A stretch of 64,000 nt of DNA from Octopus vulgaris (taxonomy: Eukaryota). The notes under the pieces were generated by a model. That model was not told where the DNA came from. It saw only the letters and a list, made by a program, of their open reading frames with translations, and made no database searches. This document shows positions 1 through 12,619 of the stretch, in pieces. Position numbers and translations under genes: made by a program. The DNA is taken from NCBI GenBank assembly GCA_951406725.2, contig OX597825.1, positions 28,210,001 through 28,274,000 on the forward strand. The letters are read 5' to 3'. How positions within the stretch are numbered: the stretch's first letter is position 1; each line of letters opens with the position of its first letter.

Positions 1-8
1 CATACATG

Positions 9-41
<33 letters not shown>

Positions 42-70
42 GTATCGATATATATATATACATATATGTG

Positions 71-107
<37 letters not shown>

Positions 108-768
108 GTATGTATGTATATGCACATACATCATTCCACACATACATATGTATAAATATACATCAAACATATGTACATATATATATATATATATATATAT
201 AGATAGATAGATAGATAGATAGATATATAGATAGATATTGATATATATATATTGATATCATTTACATATAAATGTATATATGTCTTTGTATCTATGTTTC
301 TATGCATACATACTCATATATTTATAACTATGTGTAGGAGTGTGCGTCTCGGCATCTGTATGCGAACGTTACATAAAAATTGCAAAGTGTTATCAAATAG
401 GCAACTAAGATTATGCTATCACGTTATCACTTTTTTCTCATTTAAAGCATTAACAAGATATCAAATTATGTTCGATATCTATTTGATACTACTTCTAATA
501 TCTTTGTAGTAGAAAATAAAATATATACGAAATGCTACGCACACTCTCAGATATTTATCATGTGATAAATGCTTTATTCTAATGGTATATTCGGGCATAA
601 GGTTTAATGCTCTTCACTATTTGAAAAAGAAAATTATGATGACTATCAACTAATTATATAATCATCTGTCAGTCTATATATGTATACGTACACACACATA
701 TATATTCGTGATATGTATTAGAAAATGAACATATATCCATAATAATATATACTTTGATAAATAAATGC

Positions 769-804
<36 letters not shown>

Positions 805-919
805 ATGTGTGTGTGTGTATGGGTATGTGTGTGTACCTGTATGTGTGTGTATGTAATTGTACAAGGATGGAGGAATAGATGGATGTATATAGATGTATGC
901 ATGCATACACAGTCAAACT

Positions 920-963
<44 letters not shown>

Positions 964-1209
964 CATGTATACATGTATATATACATGAATATATATGTAT
1001 ATATGCATACATATATACACATACCTATATATATATATGTGTGTGTGTGTGTATATATATATGCATGTATACATGGATATGTAGGTGTATATATATGTAC
1101 ATATATATATATAAATATTTATATACTTATATGTACGTATATGTATATATATATGTATGTATATATACTTATATATATATATATACGTACATATAAGTAT
1201 ATAAATATT

Positions 1210-1265
<56 letters not shown>

Positions 1266-1562
1266 CACATGTATATATATATATAGATAGATAGATGTAT
1301 ATGTATATATATTTGCTTACATGTCTGCGTGTGACTGTGGTGTTGTAATTATAATATGACTGGCTGTGTGCATTTGTGTTTATGCTACTCTAATACTGCG
1401 AGTAAATATTGCTGGCTTATGCAATTTTTTTGTTCCAATGTTAGAAAATTGATAAAAATAATAAAAAATGATATTACTACTTCTTCTACTACAACTAAGA
1501 ACAACAACAATAACAATACCAATAATAACAATAGCAACAAAAACAACAACGACAACAAAGAC

Positions 1563-1596
<34 letters not shown>

Positions 1597-1862
1597 TTAA
1601 TAGCAGTCGATATCTATATAGTGCAGTAAGAGACTCTACTATCTACGAGAGAAATATATGATTAAAACACTTTGTGTATTTTTCTTTGTTGTCACAGGTA
1701 TATTAACTCTATAACGTCTCACATATCAAATATACACAAACAATTTTCATTGATCTTCGGTTTTTCGTTTCTCTTTTTTTGAGAATGTTTGATGTAAATC
1801 AATTAAATTATCTTACTTAAATATATTAATATATATATCTTATATCATACATGACATATATG

Positions 1863-1932
<70 letters not shown>

Positions 1933-1968
1933 GCGTATATATCTATATCTATCTATTTATCTATCTAT

Positions 1969-2013
<45 letters not shown>

Positions 2014-2586
2014 AATATATCTATGTGTATGTATGTGTGTATGTATTATGCATCTAAAAGTGGATTCTCGTTGATCTGCGAGAATATGTGAGTAGCGTAT
2101 AACTACGTGCCCATATCGATATCATATATATATGCTAGCATAACTAAATATTACAAGAATGTTGTCAAGAGATTTATTGAATCTATCATTGCATCTTCTT
2201 TGTTATTACGTATCCTAGTAAGCCGTTCTTGTTGAAGAAGTGATATACCGTTTGCCAGACACTTGATGCAACTTTGTCTAATTGCCAGCACTGGCATTAG
2301 GTCATCAAAAATAAATCTCAGATGTAACTCCAGTTCTGAACGTCCTAACAGATGTTTCAATATTTACTAGAAGCAATCGAATGACTGAGGATCCGAAATT
2401 TTCGTGCGTTAGTAATTATTGACAAGTGCTAACTCAAGAGCATTAAGTCACTCTGTTGCTCCTAATAAATATTAATAAAAATTAAATATACTCATATTTT
2501 GAGTCTATTTTTCCTGTTTTCATCACGAATTATACATATATATATATAACGGGAAATACATACATATATCCATACATACATGCATT

Positions 2587-2640
<54 letters not shown>

Positions 2641-2644
<4 letters not shown>

Positions 2645-2838
2645 ATACAAACAAGAAAGCACAAAAAACACAACAACGCGAGGACGTGGAACAAATATAG
2701 TATTATTGGACGCTCAGCAAAGAAGGAAAAAAGGAGGGTTTAACGTTTCGAGCAGAGCTCTTCGTCTGAAACATAGGAGAAGGAAAGATCCACAGAAGGG
2801 AAGACAGAGGAAAAAATCGCCAACGGTAACACGAGGTC
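2641..2838 (-). mobile_element. ~200 bp HHR-bearing non-autonomous element (family H1), 3' end at (TA)n
   Basis: Reverse complement of 36510-36710 and 51810-52001; HHR-like TTT-CAGACGA-A-GAGC-TCT-GCTC-GAAACGTT-AAA at ~2739-2771 (one core mutation). Confidence 0.8.
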
Positions 2839-3239
2839 GGGGGAATGAAGAAGAAAAATAAGCGAAAATACACATTGGAAATCGAAAAAAGTGAAGGCTT
2901 TTTTATGAAAAGTCACGATGGATATATAAAATTAGATGAACTGAGGTAGGAATAAGAGTAATAAAAGTCATTATTGTGAATTGTTAAAGAGATTCAAAAG
3001 CATATCGGTTTCGTGAATATACTAATCTTTGCTTTGAATGCACACCGATTACTGAATGGTGTCAGGTCTACTAGTCCCAGCGTAAAACGATTATGTGTAA
3101 GGGAGGTAAGTAGTGCAATTAGGGTAGATATAGATCTGTACTGTGGATGGCGTATGGGATGTATTGGTGTTAGTAGTATTAATTGAAAGGTTAGTAGTGT
3201 TTTGTATTATGTTATGTGTTCATATTGAGTTGTGGAAGT

Positions 3240-3990
3240 TATTTATTTATGAAAGTTGCCTCTTTATTCATTATGTATTGTACTGAGGTGTACTGTGAAC
3301 ATTGATAGAAGGGGAAAATTAGGATTACGTTTCCTAGCACACCTTTCTATGTGTTCACTAACCTGCATCTGTCTGTACTGTGGATGGAGGATTTGTTCTT
3401 TGTGGAGAATGGGTCTTCGACGGAGTGATATTCCTGTTTGGCCTGTATATTTAAGATCACACCCTAAGCATTTAATGGCATAGATAAGATTTTCCGAGGC
3501 TCAGGTGAAATTTGATTGGATCGTAAATATTTCACCTTGTTTAAAGTGGAATTCTGTACCATCCAAAGGTGGGGGCATGTACCACAGTTAGGTCGACCAC
3601 ATTTTTTCACTTTTGGTTCTGTTGCTAATGGATAGTCTTGCGCTAATTAATAGTTTTTCAATGATTTGGGTTGCATTTTGTTCTTGATAATTTTGTGTGA
3701 GTCTAAAATGTTGTTCATTGTTTTATCTCCTGTTGAGGATGGGAAGATTTTGGATGATAATGTTAAAGGCTTCGTTGTTTCTAGGATTATGTGTGGAGAT
3801 GTATCTGAGTATTTTAAAGTCTGGTTTAGTATTTCGGTTGACTTCCCTTAATGTTCGTAAATCTATTTCCATAGCTCGTTTAATGCCATCATTTATTAAT
3901 GATATTGGGTAATGTCTTTTGATTAGTATTGATCTGAGTTCAAGGAGTTTTCGTTCACGAGTATAGCTGTCCGAAACTATGGTACAGATT
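3240..3990 (-). pseudogene. Degraded PLE 3' fragment (RT thumb, Cys linker, GIY-YIG) from a different family than the intact element
   Basis: Minus-strand translation gives KCGRPNCGTCP and NLIYAIKCLGCDLKYTGQTG with frameshifts. Confidence 0.8.
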
Positions 3991-4170
3991 CAAAACTATA
4001 TATATATAAATGTACAATTTAAAAGGAACGATCCAGCGGAACAGTTACAAGGTAGCCAAATGTTACATAAGTGCCTAAGAAATTAGTAATCACACTTTTG
4101 TGGATGTTAATTCCAAGGAGAAGTGATACGTGTTTTGGAGAACATAAGAATAATGGAAAATAGAGACATA

Positions 4171-5096
4171 TATATAGTGGGTGCGGTATAAATTTCGCAA
4201 AACGGACAGTAACACTGACATCTCATCTTAACAGATATATTTTTAGATGTATTTCCAGCGGCCACCCCCTTGACCCAGGGCAGCATTAACTCCTCCAGGC
4301 GCTTGATGTAGACCTCCCTGTTGAGTCTGAGGCCGTGTGGGAAGATGAATAGAGGAATAACGTCGCCATCACTAGTGATCACTCCAAACACCACGGTGTT
4401 GAATGGATGTTTGATTTCTATCACTCTCGGTATATATTTTGGAGACATAGTAAGCTAATTGTTCTTCTGTGTGTTCACCATCTGATCATGTTAGACATTT
4501 TTGTTGCCTGGGGAAAATCAAAGCATGTTCGGTTGGAGGGGATGCTAGTGTTTGTTCAAAATCTTCGTAGCACGGTCTTACCTATTGTTCTTGATGGCTT
4601 AGGAAAAAAAATTGGCCCTTTCTCATCTTGTATGTGGAATGCCAGTTGTCTTCCTGCACTACCTACCTACCTGATAAGAAACTGAGACACTCCCATGTCC
4701 CTGGCGATGGACCTGAGTGACTTGGCGAGACTGATCGTTGTCATGGCCTGGATATCGGCAACAAATTCAAGAGCGTTTTTCTTATCAGAATGATCTGAGT
4801 GAGTTTTCCGAAATACCTTTCCTTCGTAACCACCATTAGATTCATCCAGCTTACTCCAAATCCTCTGCACTGCCCTCAGATTGACACCCAAACACTCTGA
4901 AATGTTCGTATTGGAGTTTCTGTCGCTAATACCAAGCAGTACAGCATGTCGTTTCCAAATTTCTAACAGAATGAATAGCTGTTTTTCTCACAAACGGTGC
5001 TCAACTGATCCTACGATACTGTGTAGTTGACAAAATCAAAAGCGCATGAACGAAAATAAAAATATAAAATGGCAACAATTTACACATCGCACTCTG
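4171..5096 (-). mobile_element. Degraded Tc1/mariner-superfamily (maT/DD37D-like) DNA transposon
   Basis: KHPFNTVVFGVITSDGDVIPLFIFPHGLRLN...Y...LPW; N-terminal HTH-like ORF 4667-4891; right end TA-CAGAGTGCGATG on the minus strand. Confidence 0.7.
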
Positions 5097-6151
5097 TATA
5101 CATGCATATATATAACTATCTGAACACACACGTTTATCCATCTAGTACTGAATATGTCATGTGATCGATCAAAGGGACTAATGCCTTATATATTATAGTA
5201 TAAGAGGCTTATTGTCCAGAGACACATTTATTTATATAGGACTTGTAGGAGAGAATTAAAATATACTGTGTGACAATGTTGAGCCTATAAATAAGATGTA
5301 ACCGCACAGTTACAACCTACGCAATTTCTTGCTTGTACTTTAAGTCAACTCGAAAACGAACGAAGCTTGTCCAAGCAGCCGCTTGGTTAAGCTTCATACG
5401 TGTGAATTTGATGTTACCAAAAATAAATCCTTAGGCACAAGATCGTCCACATCTCATTTATGTTGCCAATGTTTATTTAAGATACATTGATGAGGAGGAC
5501 ATCATCTCATCCACTTACATTTCAATCCAAATTTCAGTCTATCATTCTCATAGATGAGAATTTAGATTTAGATATAAGTGTAATTAATTTCTTCAACAGT
5601 TCTTTATTCCATGCACTGTCGATGCATTCTATAGATTTGTAGATAGATTTAAATTCGGTTCTATAAGGTAAGCAGATATCTACTCGGTTAAGTAGAACGT
5701 TCTCGATAATACAAATTTATATTTATATATTGCAACACACTTAAGTTAAGGTATAGGATTAAAATATTACAGTCGAGGAGATATTAAATTTCTGAGAAGA
5801 ATACTTTATTTCCAATTATCTTAGGTTCAACAAGTACATGTCGGGTCTAGTGGACACATATCTAAGAAAATAACATAGTAGTTACCAGTACTCTAAGCAA
5901 CATGAACATCACCTCACACTGATTATTGACTTGAATTTCAAGGAAACACAGGCATTTGGTATTAATACCCTTAGGGCTTACAGAATATTAAAATTTATAG
6001 AATACTCACAAATAGTCCAACAGAGTCACTGAAGTTAGTATATTCGATATATGCTCGCAGCCCTTAAAATATGTAAACACCAAGCAAAGAGCCTCGGGCA
6101 AATATTTCGATAAGATTTCACAATACCCTTCTAATATCTGTAAACAATCGT

Positions 6152-6554
<403 letters not shown>

Positions 6555-7000
6555 ATATGTATATACATGGCATTGTTACGAATGTGTACATATCTCAAAA
6601 GGGTGTTGTGCAATCTTAGCGAAATATTTATTTGAGGGCCTTTGCTTAGTGTTCACATATTTTAAGAGCGAAGAACAAATATCGAATATACTAACTTAGG
6701 TAACTCTTTTATACTAATGTATGTACATCTGTACATACATATATACATTCATATATAAATAATTGTTTATGTCATATTATATTATATTATTTTCATAGTA
6801 TATTATATTATACTATAAATAAGAATAAATTAGTGGTTTGTCATTTGTATCACTCTATTTAATTTATTGCTTGTAATTTGCATTATAGCTATATTTATGT
6901 GGTATTCAACCGACGTACCAGTGAATTGGATGATTTAGACACCCCTTTGAAGGAAGCTTTCATTTGTTTGTTACCTAATATATATATATATATATATATA

Positions 7001-8014
7001 ACGGGAAGCTTTATGAAAATAAACAAAAGACGAAGGCAGGTGGAAAACAAACGAACAATTGTATTAGTATGGCGCTCAGGAAATATAAATAAAACAAGTC
7101 TTTAACGTTTCGAGCCTACGCTCTTCAACAGAAAGATACACAGAGAGAGAAAAACACAGAAAGAAGGAGAGAAAAAATGCGTGCAGTAACTAACGAATCA
7201 ACATGGCGATCTGATTTCGGCCAGAGGTCAAAGATCAAACATGAGACGCGAGAGCGAAATAAGGGGAGATAATAGGGTTGATAAATGGGTTGAGGGACCA
7301 GCTAAAAGTGCGTGGGAGGGGTCTGGATGTGTGTATGCATAGGGTTGGTGTATGTATTAGTATGTATAAGGGTGTGTGTGTGTGTGTGTATGAGAGAGTA
7401 TTAGTGCGTAAGATTGGTCTGGACGTGCGTATGTATGGGGTTGGTGTATGTATTAGTATGTATTAGTATGTATTAGTACGTATTGGTATGTATAGGTGTG
7501 TGTGTGTGTGTGAGAGAGAGTATAAGTGCGTATGCGGGGTCTGGACGTGTGTATGTATAGGGTTGGTGTAAGTATTAGTATGTACTAGTATGTATTAGTA
7601 CGTATTAGTATGTATTAGTTGGTGTGTGTATTAGTATGGCACATCATATGTGATGTGATGTGTAAAGTCATGTGGTGTAGTGAGGAGAAGAGGGGGAGGG
7701 GGAGAAGAGGGGGGAGAGAAGGGGAGGGGAAGAAGGGGGAGAGGAGAGGATGGGGAGAAGGAAGGGGATGAGGGGGATGAAGGAGGAAAGAGGGATAGAG
7801 AAGGGGAGAGAGGGAGTGAGGGAGCAGAGGGAAGGGGAAGAGGGAGGGAGAAAGAGGGAAGAAGGGAAGGGGAGTAGGGTTGAAAGGATGAAGGACTGAA
7901 GAAGTAGGGGTCGGGGGGAGAAAGGATAGGTGATGAGGGGGGAGAGGGGGGTTAGATGAGGAGGGGGAGAGTTGAGACCAAATGGCGTATAAGAGCGAAG
8001 AGAGAAGATTAATT
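7001..8014 (-). repeat. 3' pseudo-LTR of the PLE
   Basis: Near-identical to 11484-12505; contains the HHR, GTATTAGTAT-type short repeats and a G/A-rich tract. Confidence 0.93.
7099..7136 (-). ncRNA. Minimal type-I hammerhead ribozyme motif in the 3' pLTR (core variant CUGUUGA)
   Basis: Minus strand TCTTT-CTGTTGA-A-GAGC-GTAG-GCTC-GAAA-CGTT-AAAGA: stem I TCTTT/AAAGA, stem II GAGC/GCTC, palindromic AACGTT stem III. Confidence 0.75.
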
Positions 8015-9302
8015 CCTGTTCACGGCGCAAACGGGAATCCGGATGGCCTCTGTGTAAGGACAAACCGAACACAGATAGGTGTTGCAAGGAGTGACCGGTG
8101 GAGCGGAAATGGCGTGAGACCGGTGTGTCGTTCGCAAGGTGGATGTCACGAAGGTGTTCCGCGAACCGGTCAGCCAAGCGGCGTCCCGTTTGTCCGATGT
8201 ACAAGGAATTGCAGAGAGAGCAAGAGATGCAATAGATAATATTGCTGGAGGTGCAGGTGAAGGAGTGGATGATGGGATAGGGTCGATGGTGGGTGCTAGT
8301 GAGGCGGGTGGTGTTGGAGAGGTAAGGGCAAGTGCGGCAACGTGGGCGGGAGCAGGGGAACGAGCCGGGTTGGGAGGTAGGGTCAGGGAAGGAGCTATGG
8401 ACCAAAAGGTCTCGAAGGTTGTGGGCTCGTTTGAAAGAGGGGAGGGGTCGGTTAGGGAAGAGGTGTGAAGTGGACGGGTCGGACTGGAGATGACGGAAAG
8501 CTCGAAGAATGGTGCGTTGGAGACGTAGGGTCGTAGGGTGGTAAGTGAGGGGAAAAGGGAGGCGGGAGACTACAGGGCGGGTTCGGGGAGAGAGAGCAGA
8601 TACACGGTCCACGGACCGTGCTCTGGCAAGGGCGGTGTGGATAGTGGTGAGGGGGTATCCACATAGGGTGAAGTGGTGAGCCATACGTTGAGACTGAGTC
8701 TCAAAGTCATGGTCGTCACTACAGAGCCTACGTAGACGGAGGAATTGGGAATAGGGGATGGAAAGCTTGGTGTGTTCTGGGTGGGAGGAAGAGAAGTTGA
8801 GGTATGAGTGTGAGTCTGTGTGTTTGTAGTGAATGGAGGTGGTAAGAGTGGAGTGAAGAATGCTAACCGAAATGTCGAGGAAGGAGACAGAGGTGTTGGA
8901 GATAGTGGAAGTGAAGTGGAGGGCTGGATGGAAAGATTGGACGAAAGAGAGGAAGGAATCTAGATGTTCGCGGGAGAGTGAGGTGGCACCGATAATGTCG
9001 TCAATATAACGACCATATAGTTCAGGAGTGGGACCAGTGAAATTAGAGAATATTTGGGCCTCAACATAGCCAACGAACAGGTTCGCATAGTTGGGGCCCA
9101 TTCGCGTTCCCATGGCCACTCCCGAGACCTGATGGTAGAACTCGCCCGCGAACGAGAAGCAGTTCAGAGTAAGGACAAGTTCGGCCAGACGAATGAGTGT
9201 GGAGGTGTCAGGTACAGGGTTAGAGCGGAGGTCAAGAAAGTGTCGAAGGGCCTGCAGTCCTTCGTGGTGAGGGATAACAGTATAGAGGCTTTGGATGTCC
9301 AT
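7668..9302 (-). CDS. PLE polyprotein C-terminal part: RT core, Cys-rich linker and GIY-YIG endonuclease
   Basis: MDIQSLYTVIP, GVAMGTRMGPNYANLF, YGRYIDDII, SFLDISV; linker CSRPRCRTC; NIIYCISCSLCNSLYIGQTGRRLADRFAEH; ends PFGLN followed by a low-complexity tail. Confidence 0.93.
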   Translation of the reverse strand: MDIQSLYTVIPHHEGLQALRHFLDLRSNPVPDTSTLIRLAELVLTLNCFSFAGEFYHQVSGVAMGTRMGPNYANLFVGYVEAQIFSNFTGPTPELYGRYIDDIIGATSLSREHLDSFLSFVQSFHPALHFTSTISNTSVSFLDISVSILHSTLTTSIHYKHTDSHSYLNFSSSHPEHTKLSIPYSQFLRLRRLCSDDHDFETQSQRMAHHFTLCGYPLTTIHTALARARSVDRVSALSPRTRPVVSRLPFPLTYHPTTLRLQRTILRAFRHLQSDPSTSHLFPNRPLPSFKRAHNLRDLLVHSSFPDPTSQPGSFPCSRPRCRTCPYLSNTTRLTSTHHRPYPIIHSFTCTSSNIIYCISCSLCNSLYIGQTGRRLADRFAEHLRDIHLANDTPVSRHFRSTGHSLQHLSVFGLSLHRGHPDSRLRREQELIFSLRSYTPFGLNSPPPHLTPLSPLITYPFSPRPLLLQSFILSTLLPFPSSLFLPPSSPSLCSLTPSLPFSIPLSSFIPLIPFLLPILSSPPSSPPLLSPLFSPSPSSPHYTT

Positions 9303-10858
9303 AGTAAAAAGGATTTTGGAGGAGCCGGGAGGAAAGGAGAAAGAGTTGAAAAGCCGGAGAGCATGGTTGGTATCGTGGATGTGGAGGGAAGAGATGCCAC
9401 TAGGGGGGCAAGGACACGGTCGAGGTATTTAGAGATGAGCTCCGTGGGGCAGTTACAGGCGGAGACGATGGGGCGGCCAGGGTTGTTGGGTTTGTGGATT
9501 TTGGGGAGGAAGTAAATGGTGGAGGTACGTGGGGTTCGCACAATTAGGTTGGATGCGGTGCGGGGGAGACGGGAGGACGAGATGAGTTCTTGGACAGTAG
9601 AGGATACCGTCTGTTGGTAGCTACGTGTGGGGTTAGAGGGCAGAGGGGAATAGAAGGAGGTGTCATTGAGTTGGCGGAAAGCCTCGGCCCTATAGAGGTC
9701 CGCGCGCCACACCACTACAGCTCCACCCTTGTCAGCCGGTTTGATGATAATGTCAGCGCGCCGTTGGAGGGAACGAAGAGCCAAGAGCTCAGCCGGGGAG
9801 ATGTTGAGGCGGCGTTGGCGCCTGGAGAAGTTGAACCGCTCCAATGCACGCTGACAAGCGCCCGCGAAAAGATCCACTGCTAGGATCTGGCCAGGGGCAG
9901 GCGTCCACGGGGATGGTCGGCGGCCCAGGCCAGTGAAGCAGTCGTCCTCTTCGTTGGGTGTGGGTGGCGAGTCGTGGTAATGCGCACCCAACCGGACACG
10001 GCGCACAAAGCTGTGGACATCAACTCGCGTCTGGAATTCCTTACAGGATGGAGTGAGGGGGATGAAACGCAGACCCCTACCAAGGACGGAGCGTTCAGCC
10101 GCAGAGAGGGGAAGATCGGGGGGAATGGTAACAACAGACGGAAGTGGAGAAGGGGTGGATGGAATAGAAGTAGGAGGGGTGGTAGGTCTCGGGGAGGTCT
10201 GAGGGGGAGGGATTGGAGAGGTGTGTGGGGGGTGGTTGGGCGGGGCAGTAGGGTTAGGTGTAGGTGGATGGAGCCTAACGGGAGGGGAGAAGGGGTTGTA
10301 GGGAGGGGCAGTGGGGTTAGGTGTGGGTGGATGGAGCCTATCGGGAGGGGAGAAGGGTGGTGGAGGAGTTGGGGTAGTGGCGTCGGGTAGGGTGGAATGG
10401 AAGAGTGATTGGAGTTTACGAAGTTTAGTATCAGAAAGAAATTGATGGAAGAGTTGATTCAAATGGATAATGAAGCGTAGAGTGTTTGGAGCATAGAGAG
10501 GCGGCAGAGAGGAGAAGAAGGTGGAGAAAGCAGGAGGAAGAAGGCGGTTGATGGCATGTAGTTTGGAGAGATTGGAACGAATGGTGGCCCGCATAAGGCG
10601 GTAAGATGTGGTGCGGAGTATGGGTAAGATGGAAGAATCCGAGTGGAGAGCAGGGTGGAAGTGGAGGCGGAAACCTTTAGGGATGAGTCGGTGATGTAGG
10701 CAGCGGCTTAGGAAAGAGACATGGCTAGAGAAGCGGGTTTTTTTAAAAAGAAGTAGAGAGAGATTAACGGACGGCTGAAGGCAATATACAGGAAGCGAAC
10801 GTAGATGATCCTTCAAACGGTGATGGAGGGTGAGGAGGTAGGACCTAGGATCCGGCAT
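9164..10858 (-). CDS. PLE polyprotein N-terminal part (N-terminal domain, Pro-rich linker, start of RT); frameshifted near 9383
   Basis: Motifs FLSRCLHHRLIPKGF, IIIKPADKGGAVVVW and IYFLPKIHKPNNPGRPIVSAC typical of PLE RT; reading becomes nonsense after VASLPS. Confidence 0.9.
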   Translation of the reverse strand: MPDPRSYLLTLHHRLKDHLRSLPVYCLQPSVNLSLLLFKKTRFSSHVSFLSRCLHHRLIPKGFRLHFHPALHSDSSILPILRTTSYRLMRATIRSNLSKLHAINRLLPPAFSTFFSSLPPLYAPNTLRFIIHLNQLFHQFLSDTKLRKLQSLFHSTLPDATTPTPPPPFSPPDRLHPPTPNPTAPPYNPFSPPVRLHPPTPNPTAPPNHPPHTSPIPPPQTSPRPTTPPTSIPSTPSPLPSVVTIPPDLPLSAAERSVLGRGLRFIPLTPSCKEFQTRVDVHSFVRRVRLGAHYHDSPPTPNEEDDCFTGLGRRPSPWTPAPGQILAVDLFAGACQRALERFNFSRRQRRLNISPAELLALRSLQRRADIIIKPADKGGAVVVWRADLYRAEAFRQLNDTSFYSPLPSNPTRSYQQTVSSTVQELISSSRLPRTASNLIVRTPRTSTIYFLPKIHKPNNPGRPIVSACNCPTELISKYLDRVLAPLVASLPSTSTIPTMLSGFSTLSPFLPAPPKSFLLWTSKASILLSLTTKDCRPFDTFLTSALTLYLTPPHSFVWPNLSLL

Positions 10859-11483
10859 GATGGGATAGCGGAAAAAAAAACGTTCGAAAAAACAAAAAAA
10901 ACAAAAAACAAAAATTATCGTATGAAAAAAATAGAAAAAAAGGATAGCGAAAAAAGGGGAAAAAACAAACGTTCAAAAAAACAAAAAAATAATAATCGTA
11001 TGAAAAAACTAGATAAGTAAGCGATAGGGGCAGAAAAGACGGGGCAAACGGAAAAGGGAAAGAAAGAAGGGAAGCAGAGAGAGGGGGAGGCAAAAAAAAG
11101 GGGGGTGCAGGCAGAGGAAACGGAGTATGGACATCCAGAGAGGGAAGAAAGACGGAAAGGAGAACAAAAATTCAGGAAAATGTGGGAAGCATGAAATGAA
11201 TGTAAAAAAAGTGGTAATATAAGAAGAAATAAAAATACAACAAACGGGACAGTTTATGCGAACAAGTTCAAGGTTGAAAGTTCATGGTGAGAAATGTGTA
11301 GACGTCGTGGTATATTTTTTAAGGATTTCACATCAATGCAAAGTCACTTTGATCCGCGAAAGAGAGGTGCAGCCAATGGTAAGTATCCAAGAGGTAAAGA
11401 AAATCCAAGGTAGAGGTAAGTGTTGATAGTGGTATTGGTAGAATATAGGATGAAAGTGAGACCACGTGAGCGCATAATATATA

Positions 11484-12505
11484 ACGGGAAGCTTTATGAA
11501 AATAAACAAAAGACGAAGGCAGGTGGAAAACAAACGAACAATTGTATTAGTATGGCGCTCAGGAAATATAAATAAAACAAGTCTTTAACGTTTCGAGCCT
11601 ACGCTCTTCAACAGAAAGATACACAGAGAGAGAAAAACACAGAAAGAAGGAGAGAAAAAAATGCGTGCAGTAACTAACGAATCAACATGGCGATCTGATT
11701 TCGGCCAGAGGTCAAAGATCAAACATGAGACGCGAGAGCGAAATAAGGGGAGATAATAGGGTTGATAAATGGGTTGAGGGACCAGCTAAAAGTGCGTGGG
11801 AGGGGTCTGGATGTGTGTATGCATAGGGTTGGTGTATGTATTAGTATGTATAAGGGGTGTGTGTGTGTGTGTGTATGAGAGAGTATTAGTGCGTAAGATT
11901 GGTCTGGACGTGCGTATGTATGGGGTTGGTGTATGTATTAGTATGTATTAGTATGTATTAGTACGTATTGGTATGTATAGGTGTGTGTGTGTGTGTGAGA
12001 GAGAGTACAAGTGCGTATGCGGGGTCTGGACGTGTGTATGTATAGGGTTGGTGTAAGTATTAGTATGTACTAGTATGTATTAGTACGTATTAGTATGTAT
12101 TAGTTGGTGTGTGTATTAGTATGGCACATCATATGTGATGTGATGTGTAAAGTCATGTGGTGTAGTGAGGAGAAGAGGGGGAGGGGGAGAAGAGGGGGAG
12201 AGAAGGGGAGGGGAAGAAGGGGGAGAGGAGAGGATGGGGGAGAAGGAAGGGGATGAGGGGGATGAAGGAGGAAAGAGGGAGAGAGAGAGAAGGGGAGAGA
12301 GGGAGTGAGGGAGCAGAGGGAAGGGGAAGAGGGAGGGAGGGAGCAGAGGGAAGAAGGGAAGGGGAGTAGGGGTGAAAGGATGAAGGACTGAAGAAGTAGG
12401 GGTCGGGGGGAGAAAGGATAGGTGAGGAGGGGGAGAGGGGGTTAGATGAGGAGGGGGGAGAGTTGAGACCAAATGGCGTATAAGAGCGAAGAGAGAAGAT
12501 TAATT
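11484..12505 (-). repeat. 5' pseudo-LTR of the PLE
   Basis: Direct repeat of 7001-8014 differing by a few substitutions, small indels and homopolymer lengths. Confidence 0.93.
11582..11619 (-). ncRNA. Minimal type-I hammerhead ribozyme motif in the 5' pLTR
   Basis: Identical motif to 7099-7136. Confidence 0.75.
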
Positions 12506-12568
12506 GTATATATATATATAATAGAAATATTAAAATTACTAAGTCTCTCTAAAAGAGATTACGGTGAT

Positions 12569-12619
<51 letters not shown>

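Larger units (their letters stand above)
7001..12505 (-). mobile_element. Near full-length Penelope-like retroelement (Neptune-type) with direct pseudo-LTRs, inserted in (TA)n
   Basis: RT+GIY-YIG coding region flanked by ~1 kb direct repeats (7001-8014 and 11484-12505); (TA)n abuts both ends (6979-7000, 12507-12520); the upstream repeat begins inside the end of the ORF, the partial-tandem layout typical of PLEs. Confidence 0.95.

Noticed and set aside
2151-2360. 69-aa ORF as a possible host exon
   Set aside because: No recognisable domain or supporting splice pattern
3001-3035. Possible decayed HHR downstream of the degraded PLE (minus strand ...CACGAAACCGATATGC)
   Set aside because: CUGANGA box not recognisable; position is plausible but evidence is insufficient
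7982-10390. Plus-strand ORFs antisense to the PLE
   Set aside because: Shadow ORFs of a GC-rich coding sequence with no recognisable motifs
7001-12505. LTR retrotransposon interpretation of the 1 kb direct repeats
   Set aside because: No TG...CA termini, PBS/PPT, gag, protease or integrase; the repeat overlaps the ORF end and the protein has a GIY-YIG domain, so these are PLE pseudo-LTRs
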